Notes under the pieces: model-generated
The model's database searches: none
Seen by the model: the letters and a program-made list of their open reading frames with translations, nothing else
Told to the model about the DNA's origin: nothing
Made by a program: the position numbers and the translations under genes
Part shown: positions 1 through 13,639 of the stretch, piece after piece
Position numbering within the stretch: position 1 is the stretch's first letter
Layout: every line of letters begins with the position of its first letter
Assembly (NCBI GenBank): GCA_038087875.1
Contig: CM075988.1
Span: 3,782,001-3,846,000 of the forward strand
Direction of reading: 5' to 3'
From: Malacoraja senta
Lineage: Eukaryota
DNA length: 64,000 nucleotides

Positions 1-1793
1 CACCCTGTTTAGGCAAAAGTAACGTGGCAATGATGACATGCTTTAATGTCATAGACTCTAAAACTCTTGTGGAAACGGTGACACAACTAAGGCCATCCAC
101 CTGCTGCCTTGATGCTTTACCTACCAACTTCTTTAAGAATGTTTTTGACTGCCTAGCAATAGACATACTGCAAATAGTTAACAGCTCTCTTCAATCAGGC
201 AATTTCCCAATTTCCCTTGAAAACTGCAGTTATTAAACCCCTTTTAAAAAAGCGGAGCCTAGATGCCTCTATTATTAACAACTATAGACCAATATCAAAC
301 CTACCTTTCATAAGTAAAATCATTGAGAAAGTTGTCCTCCAGCAACTTAATCACTTCCTGGCTTCAACTGGCTGCTACGACAACTTCCAGTCAGGATTTC
401 GACCTCTTCATAGCACTGAGACAGCCCTTATTAAAGTTGTAAATGACATCCGTCTTAACACAGACTCTGGCAAAGTTTCAATATTAATGCTATTAGACCT
501 CAGTGCTGCATTCGACACTGTTGATCACTCAATACTTTTGGACAGGTTGGAAAAACGGGTGGGGCTTTCAGGCACAGTCTTAAGTTGGTTCAGGTCATAT
601 CTACAAGATAGGAACTATTTTGTTTCCATTGGCGACTTTGTATCAGAACCAACCAACGTGACGTGTGGAGTCCCGCAAGGTTCGATCTTAGGGCCCTCTT
701 TATTCAACATCTACATGCTCCCACTAGGGCAAATCATGCAAAATAATAATATTGATCACCACTGCTATGCCGATGACACTCAAATCTATGTAGCGCTATC
801 ACCAAATGACTATCGCCGCATAGATCTGCTGTGCCAGTGCATTGAGCAAGTCAAAGACTGGATGTGCCAACATTTCCTCCAACTAAATAAGGACAAAACG
901 GAGATAATTGTTTTTGGTGCTAAAAAAGAAAGGCTTAAAGTAACCCAACACCTTCACTCTCTGTCCCTGAAAACTTCAAACAAAGCCAGAAATCTCGGGG
1001 TTATTATGGATTCAGATTTACATTTCAACAGTCACATTAAATCAGTAACAAAATCGGCCTACTATCACCTCAAAAACGTAGCAAGACTAAGAGGACTCAT
1101 GTCAGCTCAAGACTTAGAAAACCTTGTACATGCCTTTATTACTAGTAGGCTAGATTATTGTAACGGTCTCCTTGCAGGTCTCCTCAGGCAGCTACAGCTT
1201 GTTCAGAACGCTGTTGCTAGAGTTCTAACAAAGACCAAAAAATTTGAACACATTACACCAATTCTTAAATCCTTACATTGGCTCCCTGTATGTCAGAGAA
1301 TTGATTTCAAAATCCTGCTGCTCACCTATAAATCACTACATGGTTTAGGGCCAAAGTATATCACTGACATGCTTCCACTATATAAGCCTTCTAGACCGAT
1401 CGCTAAGATCTTCTGAGACCAATCTGTTAGTGATTCCCAGAGTAAATACAAAACATGGGAAAGCAGGATTTAGTTACGATGCAACAAATAGCTGGAATAA
1501 ACTTCCTGAAGATTTAAGACTTGCCCCTACTTTCACCACTTTTAAAACAAGGCTGAAAACTTTTATGTTTACTTTAGCTTTCAGCTAAATCTTAACTACA
1601 TTGCACTTTTAACTTTGGCACTTTTCTATAATGCATTTTTAACTTTGCTTTTATTTTCTTTTAATTCTTCTATTTTATTTCATTTTATTATTTCATTTTA
1701 TTGTATGACATGTTTTTATGTGAAGCACTTTGAGTCTGCCTCGTGTATGAAATGTGCTATATAAATACAGTTGCAGTTGCAGTTGCAGTTGCA
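1..1793 (+). mobile_element. L2-clade LINE, 3' part (RT and 3' UTR), runs off the window start
   Basis: ORF 217-1416 has NYRPISNLPFISKIIEK, QSGFRPLHSTETAL, LLDLSAAFDTVDH, GVPQGSILGP, YADDTQ and HITPILKSLHWLP. Frameshifts near 215 and 1400. L2-type end TGTGAAGCACTTTGAG...GTGCTATATAAATA with a (GTTGCA)n tail. Confidence 0.93.
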
Positions 1794-1804
1794 AGTATAG
1801 TGTT

Positions 1805-2058
1805 AGTTTAGTTTTTAGTTTAGTCTAGAGATACAGCACGGAAACAGGCCCTTCGGCCCACCGAGTCCGCACCGACTGGCGATCCCTGCACATTAATACT
1901 ACCCTACACACACTAGGGATCATTTACAATTATACTAGTGTGGTTATTCTCACCGGTTTTACCAGTGAGGTTAGTGTACGCGGATCGCTGGTCAGTGTGG
2001 ACTTGGTGGGCCGAAGGCCCTGTATCCATGATGTATCGCTAAATTAAACTAAACTAAA
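1805..2058. mobile_element. Two V-SINE 3' fragments in opposite orientation
   Basis: 1805-~1925 is a reverse-complement SINE tail (TAGTT repeats, GAAACAGGCCCTTCGGCCCA). ~1970-2058 is a forward tail (GGTGGGCCGAAGGCCCTG...AAACTAAACTAAA). Confidence 0.8.
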
Positions 2059-2224
2059 GGTCAGAATGGATGATACCAGAAGGAAACTTACAATGTGTGA
2101 CAGAGGGAGTGAAACTGCAAAACCACATGAGAACAGATGCACAAAAAATGGAGCACATTTGGAAGCAAACAGAGAGATTGCAACTTTGTTGATGGTAAGT
2201 CCCAAAGTCCCAAATACAGCTTCC

Positions 2225-2755
2225 GAATTCCCCATATCTGAGAAAGGATGTGCTGGCGTTGGAGAGGGTCCAGAGGAGGTTTACAAGAATGATCTCAGGA
2301 ATTATTGAAGTAACATATGGTGAGGGTTTGTCAGCCTATAATCACTGGAGTTTAGAAGGATGAGGGGACACCTCATGGAAACTTATCGAATAGTGACAGG
2401 CTTGGATAGAGTAGATATGGAGAGGATGTTTCCACTAGTGAGAGAGCCTAGGACCAGAGGCCATAGCTTCAAAATAAAAGGACGTGGCTTTAGCAAGGAG
2501 ATGAGAAGGAATATATTTAGGTGGTGGTGAATCCATGGAAGTAATTGCCACAAACCATTGTGGAGGCCAAGTTAATGGATATTTTTAAGACTGAGATCGA
2601 CAGATTCTTGATGAGTGAGGGCATCAGAGGTTATGGGGAGAAGGCAGGAGAATGGGGTTGAGAGGGAATGATGGATCAGCCACGATGAATGGCGGAGTAG
2701 ACTTGATGGGCCGAATGGCCTAATTCTGTTGCTATAACTTATGACCTTATGAACT
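2225..2755 (+). mobile_element. Old CR1 LINE 3' fragment
   Basis: Degenerate KDVLALERVQRRFTRMI coding remnant and CR1 3' UTR GGGCCGAATGGCCTAATTCTG with a TTATGA-type tail. Confidence 0.85.
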
Positions 2756-3081
2756 TAGGAATTGTTTACCGATGCAAGGTTTAGTTTAATGCAGACATGT
2801 TGGTGAATGGAGATGGGATTAAGAGGATGTGTTCACTGTCATGGGGATAATTACATTGGGGAGAGACTGCATTAGAGAAGAGGTCGAGATGTGAATGAGA
2901 TCCATCTGGGATTGTAATCACTGGCATTACATAATGCCAACACTCTGAGATGTAGATTTATGCCACCATGCCAGTTCTGTTCGCAGGCTGTAACTGTAAT
3001 GTTACAGTTGAAAATGCTCAAATCTACCAATAAAGATTAATTCCTGTCGGAACCCGTGGCCGACAGAGTCCACGGGGCTGG

Positions 3082-3277
3082 GTCGATGGAGCCCGTGGCT
3101 GGGGCCTGGGTTGACGGAGCCCGTGGCTGGGGCCTGGGTCGATGGAGCCCGTGGCTGGGGCCTGGGTCGACGGACCCCGTGGCTGGGGCCTGGGTCGATG
3201 GAGACCGCGGCTGGGTCCTGGGTCGATGGAGCCCGTGGCTGGGGCCTGGGTCGATGGAGACCGCGGCTGGGGCCTGG
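3082..3277. repeat. GC-rich minisatellite, 7 x 28 bp (GTCGATGGAGCCCGTGGCTGGGGCCTGG)
   Basis: Seven head-to-tail units read directly, no spacers. It sits in a GC-rich repeat (~3045-3552) ending CAAGCAAAGAATTTCACTGTG, which resembles the end of 54410-54775. Confidence 0.93.
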
Positions 3278-4129
3278 GTCGGAGCCATGGACGCGCCCAC
3301 AGAGGACCCGGCAGCGACAATGGAGAGTTCGGTGCGGCGGTCGATGATGGCGCCGACCGACAGACGAGGACGGACACGTGGAAGTGTGGACCCGCTGCCG
3401 GGGCAAGGAACAAAGTAGGACCCTGCGTGGGGGGACTGCCATGAAGTGGGGGGGAGCGGGGGAAGAACAAGGGGGACCTGTCTCTGGGGTACTTAGTAAC
3501 TCTGCCAGCTATGTGTCGACTATTTCAAGCAAAGAATTTCACTGTGACTTGTCCCACTCATTATTCATTCATTCGTTCGTTCAATTAGCAGGACATTTGG
3601 AAATGCACAACATGGCCTCGCAGTGTCATTGTCGTTTTCTCAAAGGTAAATAGTGTCTGACAAATGTGACCCCTCTTTGATGAGGCAACTGAATCATCCT
3701 ACCACAACCAGAGAGCAGTGCTGAACCACAATCTACCTCTTTGGTCACCCTCGGACTATCCTTGATCACACTTTGCTGGCTTTACCTTGCATTAAACGTT
3801 ATTCCCATATCTATACACTGCAAATGGCTGGATTGTAATCATATATTGTCTTTCCACTGTACCTCGGTACACGTGACAATAAACTAAACTGAAACTGTAA
3901 ACTAGTAACATGGGTAGAGGATTGACTGAGTAACAAAAATCAAAGTCAGGATGAATGTATTGGAGGTTGCCAGATTATACTTGGACATGTCTTGTGGGAT
4001 CAGTCCTGGCCTTCAATCATTTACAATAGATATTGTTTTCTCAACTGATATTGCATATTGTTTGGAAACTTGGAATGTTTTCTCTGGAACGCTGACAGTT
4101 GAGGGGAGAACTGATGGAAGTACAAAGAA

Positions 4130-4630
4130 TTATGAGAGGTATAGATGAGATAGAGAGTCGGAACCTTTTTTCCCCAGAGGGGAAAGGTCCAAGACTATGG
4201 GGCACGGAGTTAAGGAGAGAGGGGCAAAGTTTTAAAGAGACGTGATGGCAAAGGGTGACAAAAATGCTGGAGAAACTCAGCGGGTGCGGCAGCATCTACG
4301 GAGCGAAGGAAATAGGCAACGTTTTTCCTTCGCTCCATAGATGCTGCCTCACCCGCTGAGTTTCTCCAGCATTTTTGTCTACCTTCGATTTTCCAGCATC
4401 TGCAGCTCCTTCTTAGACATGATGGCAAAGGGTGGTGAGGGCCTGGAACGCATTGCCAGGGATATTGGTGAAGGCACATAAGAGGCTATTAAATCGGCAC
4501 GGATATGTAGGGAATGGGGAGGGGGGGGGGTATATGGATCACGTGCAGGCAGAAGAGATTGGTTTCTCTTTGCATCATATTCCTCATGGACATTGGGAGC
4601 TGTAGGGCCTATCCCTTTGCTGCACAGTCT
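4130..4630 (+). mobile_element. Degraded CR1 3' fragment interrupted by an inverted pair of Penelope-derived repeats (~4255-4412)
   Basis: KIMRGIDE...LFPRGE-like remnant. The insert ACAAAAATGCTGGAGAAACTCAGCGGGTG... is followed by its own reverse complement, and TGATGGCAAAGGGTG is duplicated on both sides. Confidence 0.75.
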
Positions 4631-4652
4631 GTGTTCCATTTTCTATTGCGTA

Positions 4653-5060
4653 CTGTGTTTCCACTTTGAAGGAAACTACCCAAAATCTGGGGAGTTCTGG
4701 TTGTCTTCGAGTAATTTTAAGGAAATGAAATAATTTCGGGAAATTCCTGCATCCGGCCCACGAAGGGGTCCAATCCGGCCCGCGGGATGATTGGGGGGGG
4801 AAAAGTATATTTACGAGCATCTGCGCCTGCGCAGTTGGGGGAGGCCCGTCAGCCGCGTCACAATTGAAAATGGCGCCGGTGTCGCGGTAGGGACGCAAAA
4901 TGATGCCGTCTCCCTGCGCGTGCGCAGTGGGCCCGGTATCCGCGCATGTCTGGGCGGCAGTCGCACATGCGCAGTTGGGTAATTTCACAAAATACCAACA
5001 AATTCCAGGAAATTTGGGATTCTATTTGAGGAGATTTTTCTTTGAGGTGTGGAAGCACTG
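4653..5060. mobile_element. Non-autonomous hAT-type DNA transposon (MITE), 408 bp
   Basis: Termini CTGTGTTTCCAC / GTGGAAGCACTG (imperfect TIR). Perfect 8-bp TSD ATTGCGTA at 4645-4652 and 5061-5068. CpG-rich core. Confidence 0.88.
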
Positions 5061-5774
5061 ATTGCGTATAAAGTGGGGAAACATGACGTGGTCTATTTGG
5101 TAGAGGAGAGAAAAAAAAGCAGCGTTTCGTTTAAACAGAGAGATTTGAGATTTGCTGCACATGAGAACTTTATGCATGGAACATAGAAATTAGTAATTGA
5201 AAATCAGTGAACTGCAGATGCTGGCAATCTGAAAGGGATTAGTTTAACTAGGCATCATGTTCAGCACAGACATTGTGGGTCGAAGGGCCTGTTCCGGTGC
5301 TGTACTGTTTTATATTCTATATTAATGAGTTTGGTTGATGTGACTGTGTACAGTGAATTGATTTGCCTTGATGGCAGTTTCTTTCACTCATGGGGTTGGA
5401 TACAGAAGACACAATACCAGCTGGGAAAGCAAGTTATGAGGAGAATACAAGTAACCGTTTACTCTCCTGGAGAGGAATGATGATCAAATGGGCAAGTGCT
5501 CGGCAGATGAAGAATAACGTGGGGAAATGGGATTAGCAAAGCAGAATATTGTTTCATTGGACATTTTGGAATGCTGGATAACAGAGGGATTTAGTGTCTT
5601 TGTGTGAGCAATAGCAAAGGTCAACACGCAGGTTATATAGTCATATGGACGAAAACAGGCCCTTCAGCCCAACAAACATGGTACAAAGCAGGTTAACGCT
5701 GTACAAAAAGCAATTACAGGTACATTTTGTTGCAATCCATCTGAATAAGTGGATGGATTATGAAGGTGGAGTGG

Positions 5775-5943
5775 AGGAAAAGGTGATGTTTCGGGTCGAG
5801 ACCTTTCTTCAGACCAAAGAAGGTTCTCGACCTGAAACGTCACCTATTCCACATCTCCAGAGATGCTGTCTGACCCGTTGAGTTACTCCAGCTCTTATTG
5901 TCTATCTTCAGTTTAAACCAGCATCTGCAGCTCCTCCTACATA
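5775..5943. mobile_element. Penelope-derived terminal repeat, inverted pair
   Basis: GGTGATGTTTCGGGTCGAGACCTTTCTTCAGA is followed by AAGAAGGTTCTCGACCTGAAACGTCACC...GATGCTGTCTGACCCGTTGAGTTACTCCAGC. Confidence 0.75.
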
Positions 5944-5964
5944 TAAAAGTGGAAAGCTCTTGCT

Positions 5965-6240
5965 ACACAGTGGTACAACAGTAGAGTTGCTGCCTCACAG
6001 CGCTCGAGACTCAGGTTCGATCCTGACTACAGGCCCTGTCAGTACGCAGTTTGTACTTTCTTCCTGTGACCATGTGGGTTTTCCCCGGATGCTCCGGTTT
6101 CCTCCCACATTTCAAAGACATGCGGGTTTGTAGGTTAATTGCCTTAATTGTCCTTAGTGTGTAGGATAGAGCTGGTGTTTGGGGATGGATGGTCAGCATG
6201 GACCCGGTGGGCTGAAGGGCCTGTTTCCACGCTGTGTCTA
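5965..6240 (+). mobile_element. tRNA-derived V-SINE (HE1-like)
   Basis: A-box-like TGGTACAACAGTAG, B box GGTTCGATCC, V-domain GCTCCGGTTTCCTCCCACA, CR1-like tail GAAGGGCCTGTTTCC. Confidence 0.88.
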
Positions 6241-6727
6241 TCAGATTGATAGACACAGCGTGGATTCACTTGGCTGATTTCTACGAAGAAGGGTTTGTGT
6301 AAGTTGGTCAAATCTATGAGAGTTTTGGAAAATGAGAAGCAATCTTCTTGCTGTAAAGTGCCAGAGTAGATGCTGAAAGAATGTTTCTTCTTGTGACAGA
6401 ATCTAAAACATGTGAGCAATGTTTCAGAATAAAGCTTTGCTTATATAAGTTGGGAAGGCATTTCTTTGCTATTGAATATATGCAATTCTCTACCTCAGGG
6501 ACCTGTAGAGATTGAGTCGCTGAATATATTCGATGCTGAGGCAGACAGCTTGATGGGGAGGGAGTCCAGGGTTTGATGGAGCAGGCAGGTCACATCAGGT
6601 GTGTGCTGACTGAATGGAGGAACTGGCTCAAGGGGCACAAGGTACTTCTCACCTCTACATCAGGTGTTTCTATTGCTAATCATTCCATGTCCCGCATTTG
6701 TCTGGTGCTGCAAACATCTGTCTAGAG

Positions 6728-7901
<1,174 letters not shown>

Positions 7902-7926
7902 GTCTAGAGCTATAAACATCTATCGT

Positions 7927-9740
7927 AGTCATAGAGTGATACAGTGGGGAAACAGGCCCTTTTGCCGAACTCGCCCACAACACGTCCCAGCTAACCTAGT
8001 CCCACTTGCCTGCGCCTGGTCCATATCCCTACAAACTTGTCCTATCCATGTACCTGTCTAACTGTTTCTTAAACGTTGGGATAGTCCCAGCCTCAACTCC
8101 CTCCTCTGGCAGCTTGTTCCATACACCCACCACCCTTTGTGTGAAAATGTTACCCCTCGGATTCCTATTAAATCTTTTCCCCTTCACCTTGAACCAATGT
8201 CCTCTGGTCCTCGATTCCCCTACTCTGAGTAAAAGACTGTGTATCTACCCGATCTATTCCTCTCATGATTTTCTACACCTCTATAAAATCTCCCCTCATC
8301 CTCCTGCGCTCCATGGAATAGAGACCCAGATTACTCAACCTCCCCCTATAGCTCACACCCTCTAGTCCTGGCAACATCCTCGTAAATCTTTTCTGAACCC
8401 TTTCAAGCTTGACAATATCGTTCCTATAACATGGTGCCCAGAACTGAACACAATATTCTAAATGCGGTCTCAACAACGTATTATACAACTGCAACATGAC
8501 CTCCCAACTTCCGTACTCAATACTCTGACTGATGAAGGCCAAAGTGTCAAAAGCCTTTTTCACCACCTTATCTACCTGCGATTCGACCTTCAAGGATCCA
8601 TGCACCTGTACTCCTAGATCCCTCTGCTCTACAACACTACCCAGAGGCCTACCATTTACTGTGTAGGTCCTGCCCTTGTTCGACATCCCGAAATGCAACA
8701 CCTCACACTTCTCTGTATTAAATTCCATCAACCATTCCACTGCCCACCTGACCAATCGATCCAGATCCTGCTGCAATCTTTCACAACCATCCTCACAAGC
8801 TGCAAAACCACTCACTTTTGTATCATCAGCAAACTTGTTATCCATTCAGCTATCTCTCCTTGCATCCCATGCGATCTAACCTTCCAGAGCAGCCTACCAT
8901 GCGGAACCTTGTCGAATGCCTTACTGAAGTCCATGTACACAACATCTACAGCGCTGCCCTCATCAACCTTTTTGGTCACGTCTTCAAAAAAATCAATCAG
9001 ATTTGTGAGACATGACCTCCCACGTACAAAACCGTGCTGACTATCCCTAATCAGCCCTTGCCCATCCAAAATGCCTGTATAACCTATCCCTCAGAATACT
9101 CTCCAGTAACTTACCAACTACAGATGTTAAGCTCACCGGCCTATAATTCCCAGCATTTTCCCTGCAGCCCTTCTTGAAAAGAGGCACAACATTTGCCACC
9201 CTCCAGTCTTCTAGCACCTCTCCTGTATTTAAGGACCACTCGTAAATTTCAACGAAGGCTCCTGCAATTTCCTCTCTAGTTTTCCGCAATGTCCTTGGAT
9301 ATATCTGATTAGGCCCTGGGGATTTGTCTACCTTCATACACGATAGTACCTTCAGTACTTCTTCAACAGTAACCCTGACTGCTCTCAAGTCACCTCCAGG
9401 GACTGCTCCAATTTCCTCCATCCTACTGTCTTTCTCCTTGGTAAATATAGAGGACAAATACTCATTGAGGATCTTGCCCATCTGCTGTGGCTCCACACAG
9501 AGGTGACCGCATTGATTCCTGAGAGGACCCACTCTCTCTCTAGTTACCCTTTTTCCCCTTTTCTATTTATAAAATCTTTTGGGATTGTCCTTAATGCTAC
9601 CTGCCAGAGCTATCTCCTGGCCCCTTTTTGCCCTTCTGATTTCTTTTTTTAGTTTACTCCTTAGTTCCCGAAACTCCTCCAGAGATGAACTTGATCCCAG
9701 CTGCCTATTCCTGTCCCATGCATCCTTCTTGTTTTTGACT
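7927..9740 (-). mobile_element. 5'-truncated CR1 LINE (RT region) with frameshifts and an internal deletion
   Basis: Minus ORFs give [50 protein letters not shown] and ERVQKRFTRMLPG. GEIAEWI joins directly to KFADD at ~8840, so the [10 protein letters not shown] segment is missing. Confidence 0.93.
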
Positions 9741-10131
9741 ACCAACATCTGTCTGGTGCTGCTAGCAATTGTCTGGTTTTACAAACATCTGTCTGGCACA
9801 ATAAACATCTGTATGGTGCTACCAACATTGATCTGGTGCAACAACCAGCTGTATGTTGCTACATACATCTGCCTGGTGCTATACACATCTGTCTGGTGCT
9901 ACACACATCTGTATAGGGCTGCACATCTCTGTATAGCACTGTAAAAATGTGTATAGTGCTGTAAACATCTGTATAGTGCTACAAACATCTGTAGTGTTAC
10001 ACGCATCTGTCTGGTTTTACAAACATCTGTCAGGTGCTACACACATTTGCCTGGTGCAATAAACATCTGTCTGGTGCTACAAACATCTGTATAGGTGCTG
10101 TAAACATCTGTCTGGTGCTGTAAACATCTGT
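9741..10131. repeat. 20-bp minisatellite (consensus AAACATCTGTCTGGTGCTAC), about 19 units
   Basis: Read directly. Further units at ~6693-6727 and ~7902-7924. Confidence 0.9.
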
Positions 10132-10155
10132 CCTCTCCCTGAATGCCTTGAAATA

Positions 10156-10595
10156 GTCAAGTCAAGTCAAGTCAATTTTATTTCTATAGCACATTTATAA
10201 ACAACTCTCGTTGACCAAAGTGCTTTACATCAGTGCTGGTACTAACATGCTACAAACAGTGGTACATAGATCAACAATACATACATAAATACATACATAC
10301 AGCGCTCCATCAGAGAACCTCAAGAAAGGCTTGAGAGTAGAAATAAATTTTATGTCTAGACTTAAAATAATTGATGGAGAGGGCAGTTCTGATGGGAAGA
10401 GGGATGCTGTTCCATAGTCTAGGTGCTGCAACCGCAAAAGTGCGGTCGCCCCTGAGCCTATTGCCTAGGCCGCGGGATGGTCAGTAACCCCAAGTCGGCC
10501 GATCTGAGGGACCTGGAGGTGGTATGGTGGGAAAGCAGATTTTTGATGTAGGTGGGGGCAAGCCCATTAAGGGCTTTGTATACATAAAGAAGGAG
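10156..10595 (-). mobile_element. L2 LINE 3' fragment (second L2 family)
   Basis: FKLLLYVYKALNGLAPTYI...RSLRSAD and GDRTFAVAAPRLWN. End TGTAAAGCACTTTGG...AATAAAA(TTGAC)n. 9-bp TSD CTTGAAATA at 10147-10155 and 10596-10604. Confidence 0.9.
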
Positions 10596-11099
10596 CTTGA
10601 AATACAATTGGGTTGGGCAGAGCTGTGAGTGACACATCTCGCTGTCCAAAGTCACAATGAACCATATCAGCACTGATTGCATTATGTTTAAGCACGGGTA
10701 TCAATTTAGTAAATCAGTTTGCATAACTGTCATTGCCTCCACATCCTTGCATCACAGAGACCTTCTGCTCATTCGTCCTACTCCACGTGCAGTCTAACTA
10801 AGAAAGTAGAACAGTGCAGCGTTACACCACTTCCTTCAGCCCACAATGTCTGTGTCGACCATGACGCCACCTCCTATCTGCCTGCACACTATCCACATCT
10901 CTCCATTCCATCCCTGCATATCCATGCGTCTATCTAGAAGCCTCTTAAAAACCGCTATTGTATCCGCCTCCACCACCACCCCTGGCAGTGTGTTCCAGGC
11001 ATCCGGTCATAACGGTTCACGCAATTTCTTAGGCAGTACTTTGATCTCCAAGAGGGAAAGATTACAGAAAACTTTGAATGTATTGAAGGGTTTGGTAAT

Positions 11100-11882
11100 G
11101 GGCCTGTCCCACTTAGGCGATTTTTCAGCGGACTGCCCGTGACTGTCAAGTTGCCGGCAGTCGCCTGAAAAACTGGCGACTGGAACGGCGACTGTCAGAG
11201 TGGAACACACACACACACACACACACACACACATCGCTTCCTTCACCAGCCCGTTATGCAGGCGGGGGACAGGGCAAGCGGGTGGAGCGCTGACTCAGTG
11301 AAATTCACACGGTGCAAAGCCAATGTGATACAGACACGCACAGCGATGAACAGGAAGGTTGGCCCGGTAATTAAGATGGCTAAAGCACAGTGTACAGTAA
11401 GTCCTTTAAAACAGGGGGGGAAAGGGGTGAGAAGGAGTTGAGACAACTTTTCAGAAGCCGGAGATACATGCCTGTGAAGCTCGGCAGACATTTAACGTCA
11501 CCGGTTGGTTATCCTTGGTTCTGAAAACTACTGCTCACGTTTTTTTTCCCCAATGAGCCAATGAAATTGACCGGTCAGCACCAGCTACAACCTACGAGAA
11601 CCTTCGACCTCATGGCAACCCACTAGACCCTCCTGGCGACCCACCTACGGCACGAGAATTCTCGCTACTCTCCATGGCAGCTTCATTCTAGTCGCCGCTA
11701 ATTTTACAACATGTTGAAACATTTGCGGCAACCATAATGAGGCTGCGACAAGTTCCCAGAATGCGGGAACTCCTCACGACCATGAAGGTGACTCCCCGGC
11801 AACTACCCGGGAACATGTGGCGACCATGTGGCGACTGCATAGTCTCCTGCAGTCGCCTCAAACGCCACCTAAGTGGGACAGG
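11100..11882. mobile_element. PIF/Harbinger-type MITE
   Basis: Termini GGGCCTGTCCCACTTAGG / CCTAAGTGGGACAGG with internal GGCGAC/GTCGCC repeats. The same TIR occurs at 29841 and 42587. Superfamily is an inference. Confidence 0.8.
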
Positions 11883-11967
11883 TGTGGAGAAGAGACTTCC
11901 ACTTCCATGGAAGTCTGAATCAGAGTCATAAATCAACATATACAGTATAGGTTATGCGCCAGGATGG

Positions 11968-12270
11968 ACCGTTGGTGCAGCGGTAGAGTTGCTGTATCAC
12001 AGCGCCAGAGATCTGCGTTAGATTCTGACCACGTGTGCTGTCTGTACGCAGTTTGTACGTTTTCCCCTGTGACCCCGTGGGTTTTCTCCGGTTTCTCCAG
12101 TTTCCTCCCACACTCCAAAGACGTGCAGGTTTGCTGGTTAATTGGCATCAGTAAAACATTGTAAATTGTCCCCTGTGTGTAGATTAGTGCTAGTGTACGG
12201 GGAGATTGCTGGTCGGCGTGGACTCAGTGGGCCGAAGGGCCTGTTTCCTTGATGTATCTCTAAGGTCTAA
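11968..12270 (+). mobile_element. V-SINE (HE1-like)
   Basis: TGGTGCAGCGGTAGAGTTGCTG head, V-domain, GGGCCGAAGGGCCTGTTTCC tail. Confidence 0.88.
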
Positions 12271-12348
12271 AGATAATCTATCAGGAAAATGAGGATATGC
12301 CTCTCCATGAAAACGTGGTGAGAGTGTGGCATTCACTGTCACACACGT

Positions 12349-12762
12349 TCAGTTTAGTTTATGGTCACGTGTACCGAGTTACAGTGAAAAGCTTTTGCTG
12401 CGTGCTAACCAGTCAGCAGAAAGACAATACTGTGCATCATTACAATTGAGCCATTTACTGTGTATAGATACATGATAAGTGAATAACGTTTAGTGCGAGG
12501 TAAAGCCAGCAAAGTCCGATCAAGGATAGTCCGAGGGTCACCAGAGAGGTAGATAGTTCAGGACTGCTCACTGGTTGTGGTAGGATGATTCAGTTGCCTG
12601 ATAACAGCTGGGAAGAGAAACTGTCCCTGAATCTGGAGGTGATCGTTTTCACACTTCTATACCTTTTGCCCGATGGGAGAGGGGTGAAGAGGGAGTGGCC
12701 AGGGGTGCGACATGTCCTTGATTATGCTGCTGGCCTTGCCGAGGCAGCGTGAGGTAGAAATT
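12349..12762 (-). mobile_element. Rex1/Babar-type LINE 3' fragment
   Basis: Minus strand RCLGKASSIIKD..HP.HSLF..LPSGKRY, then a 3' UTR ending CACGTGACCATAAACTAAACTGAA. Same family as 22.5 and 42.0 kb. Confidence 0.8.
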
Positions 12763-13639
12763 CAGTCAAATGGAGCATAAATGTGGCAGGTGCCGTTAAC
12801 ATTTAGGAGGCCTCTGGGTTGCCGTACAAGGTTACAGAGACGGCCTTTGATAAAGTAAAAGTGGAGGGTGATGGGACACAAACACCCAATGAACCACATG
12901 GTCTGTCTCCTGTCTGAGCATACGTTCTAGAAACACCAATGGAATCCCGTGCCCGAGCATCAATGATGGTGCTCCCACTTCACTTAAAAGGCATTTGAGA
13001 ATCTTTGCACTGCCTCGCTTAAAAATAATAGCCTGGAATCAAACTCTTGTGAGAATCATATTCCATTTATTCATTCGCTCAAGTGCTGGTTGTAGAACGA
13101 CAATTGTTCTTCAACTGCATCTCAAGCTTTAGCTAACACTGCGGATGGAGAAACTCCATGCTCTCTTGTGCATTGCTTCAAGTTGTTGGCCTCTGCAATG
13201 GGGACGCTCTCAGTTCTGCACGGCATCCTACAGCCCAAGTCTGATATCTGGGGGAGATCTCTTACCGTTCAGACTTTAGGATGTCCACCAGTTCAAGAGA
13301 TGTATCTTGTCAATCTTCCTGCGCTCATCCATCCACAACGGGATGAGTTGGACTGTTTTCCCCCTGGGTTTCCAGTGAGACTGAAACCATGTGATGGCCC
13401 TGGCCACACATTATGTCATTCACGGCAGGGGCCTGGGCTGCCAGCATCACAAAGTAAGAGAACGAACAATAAGAAGGGTTTCGGCCCGAAACGTTGCCTA
13501 TCTCCTTCGCTCCATAGATGCTGCTGCACCCGCTGAGTTTCTCCAGCATTTTTGTCGACGAACAATAAGATAAAGTTGTGTTTACATTGTTGCCTTGAAG
13601 ATAGAGAAAGGATTTAGGAAGTAAGGATGACTTAGATCA

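Noticed and set aside
3002..3470. Overlapping ORFs in all six frames; possible CRISPR-like array
   Set aside because: A stop-free GC-rich 28-bp tandem repeat with no unique spacers and no cas genes, in a eukaryotic context.
9741..10131. 20-bp array as CRISPR or coding repeat
   Set aside because: Head-to-tail degenerate units with no spacers.
13262..13440. Candidate minus-strand coding exon ending at a GTAAG donor
   Set aside because: All three frames hit stops before the donor, and I recognise no protein.
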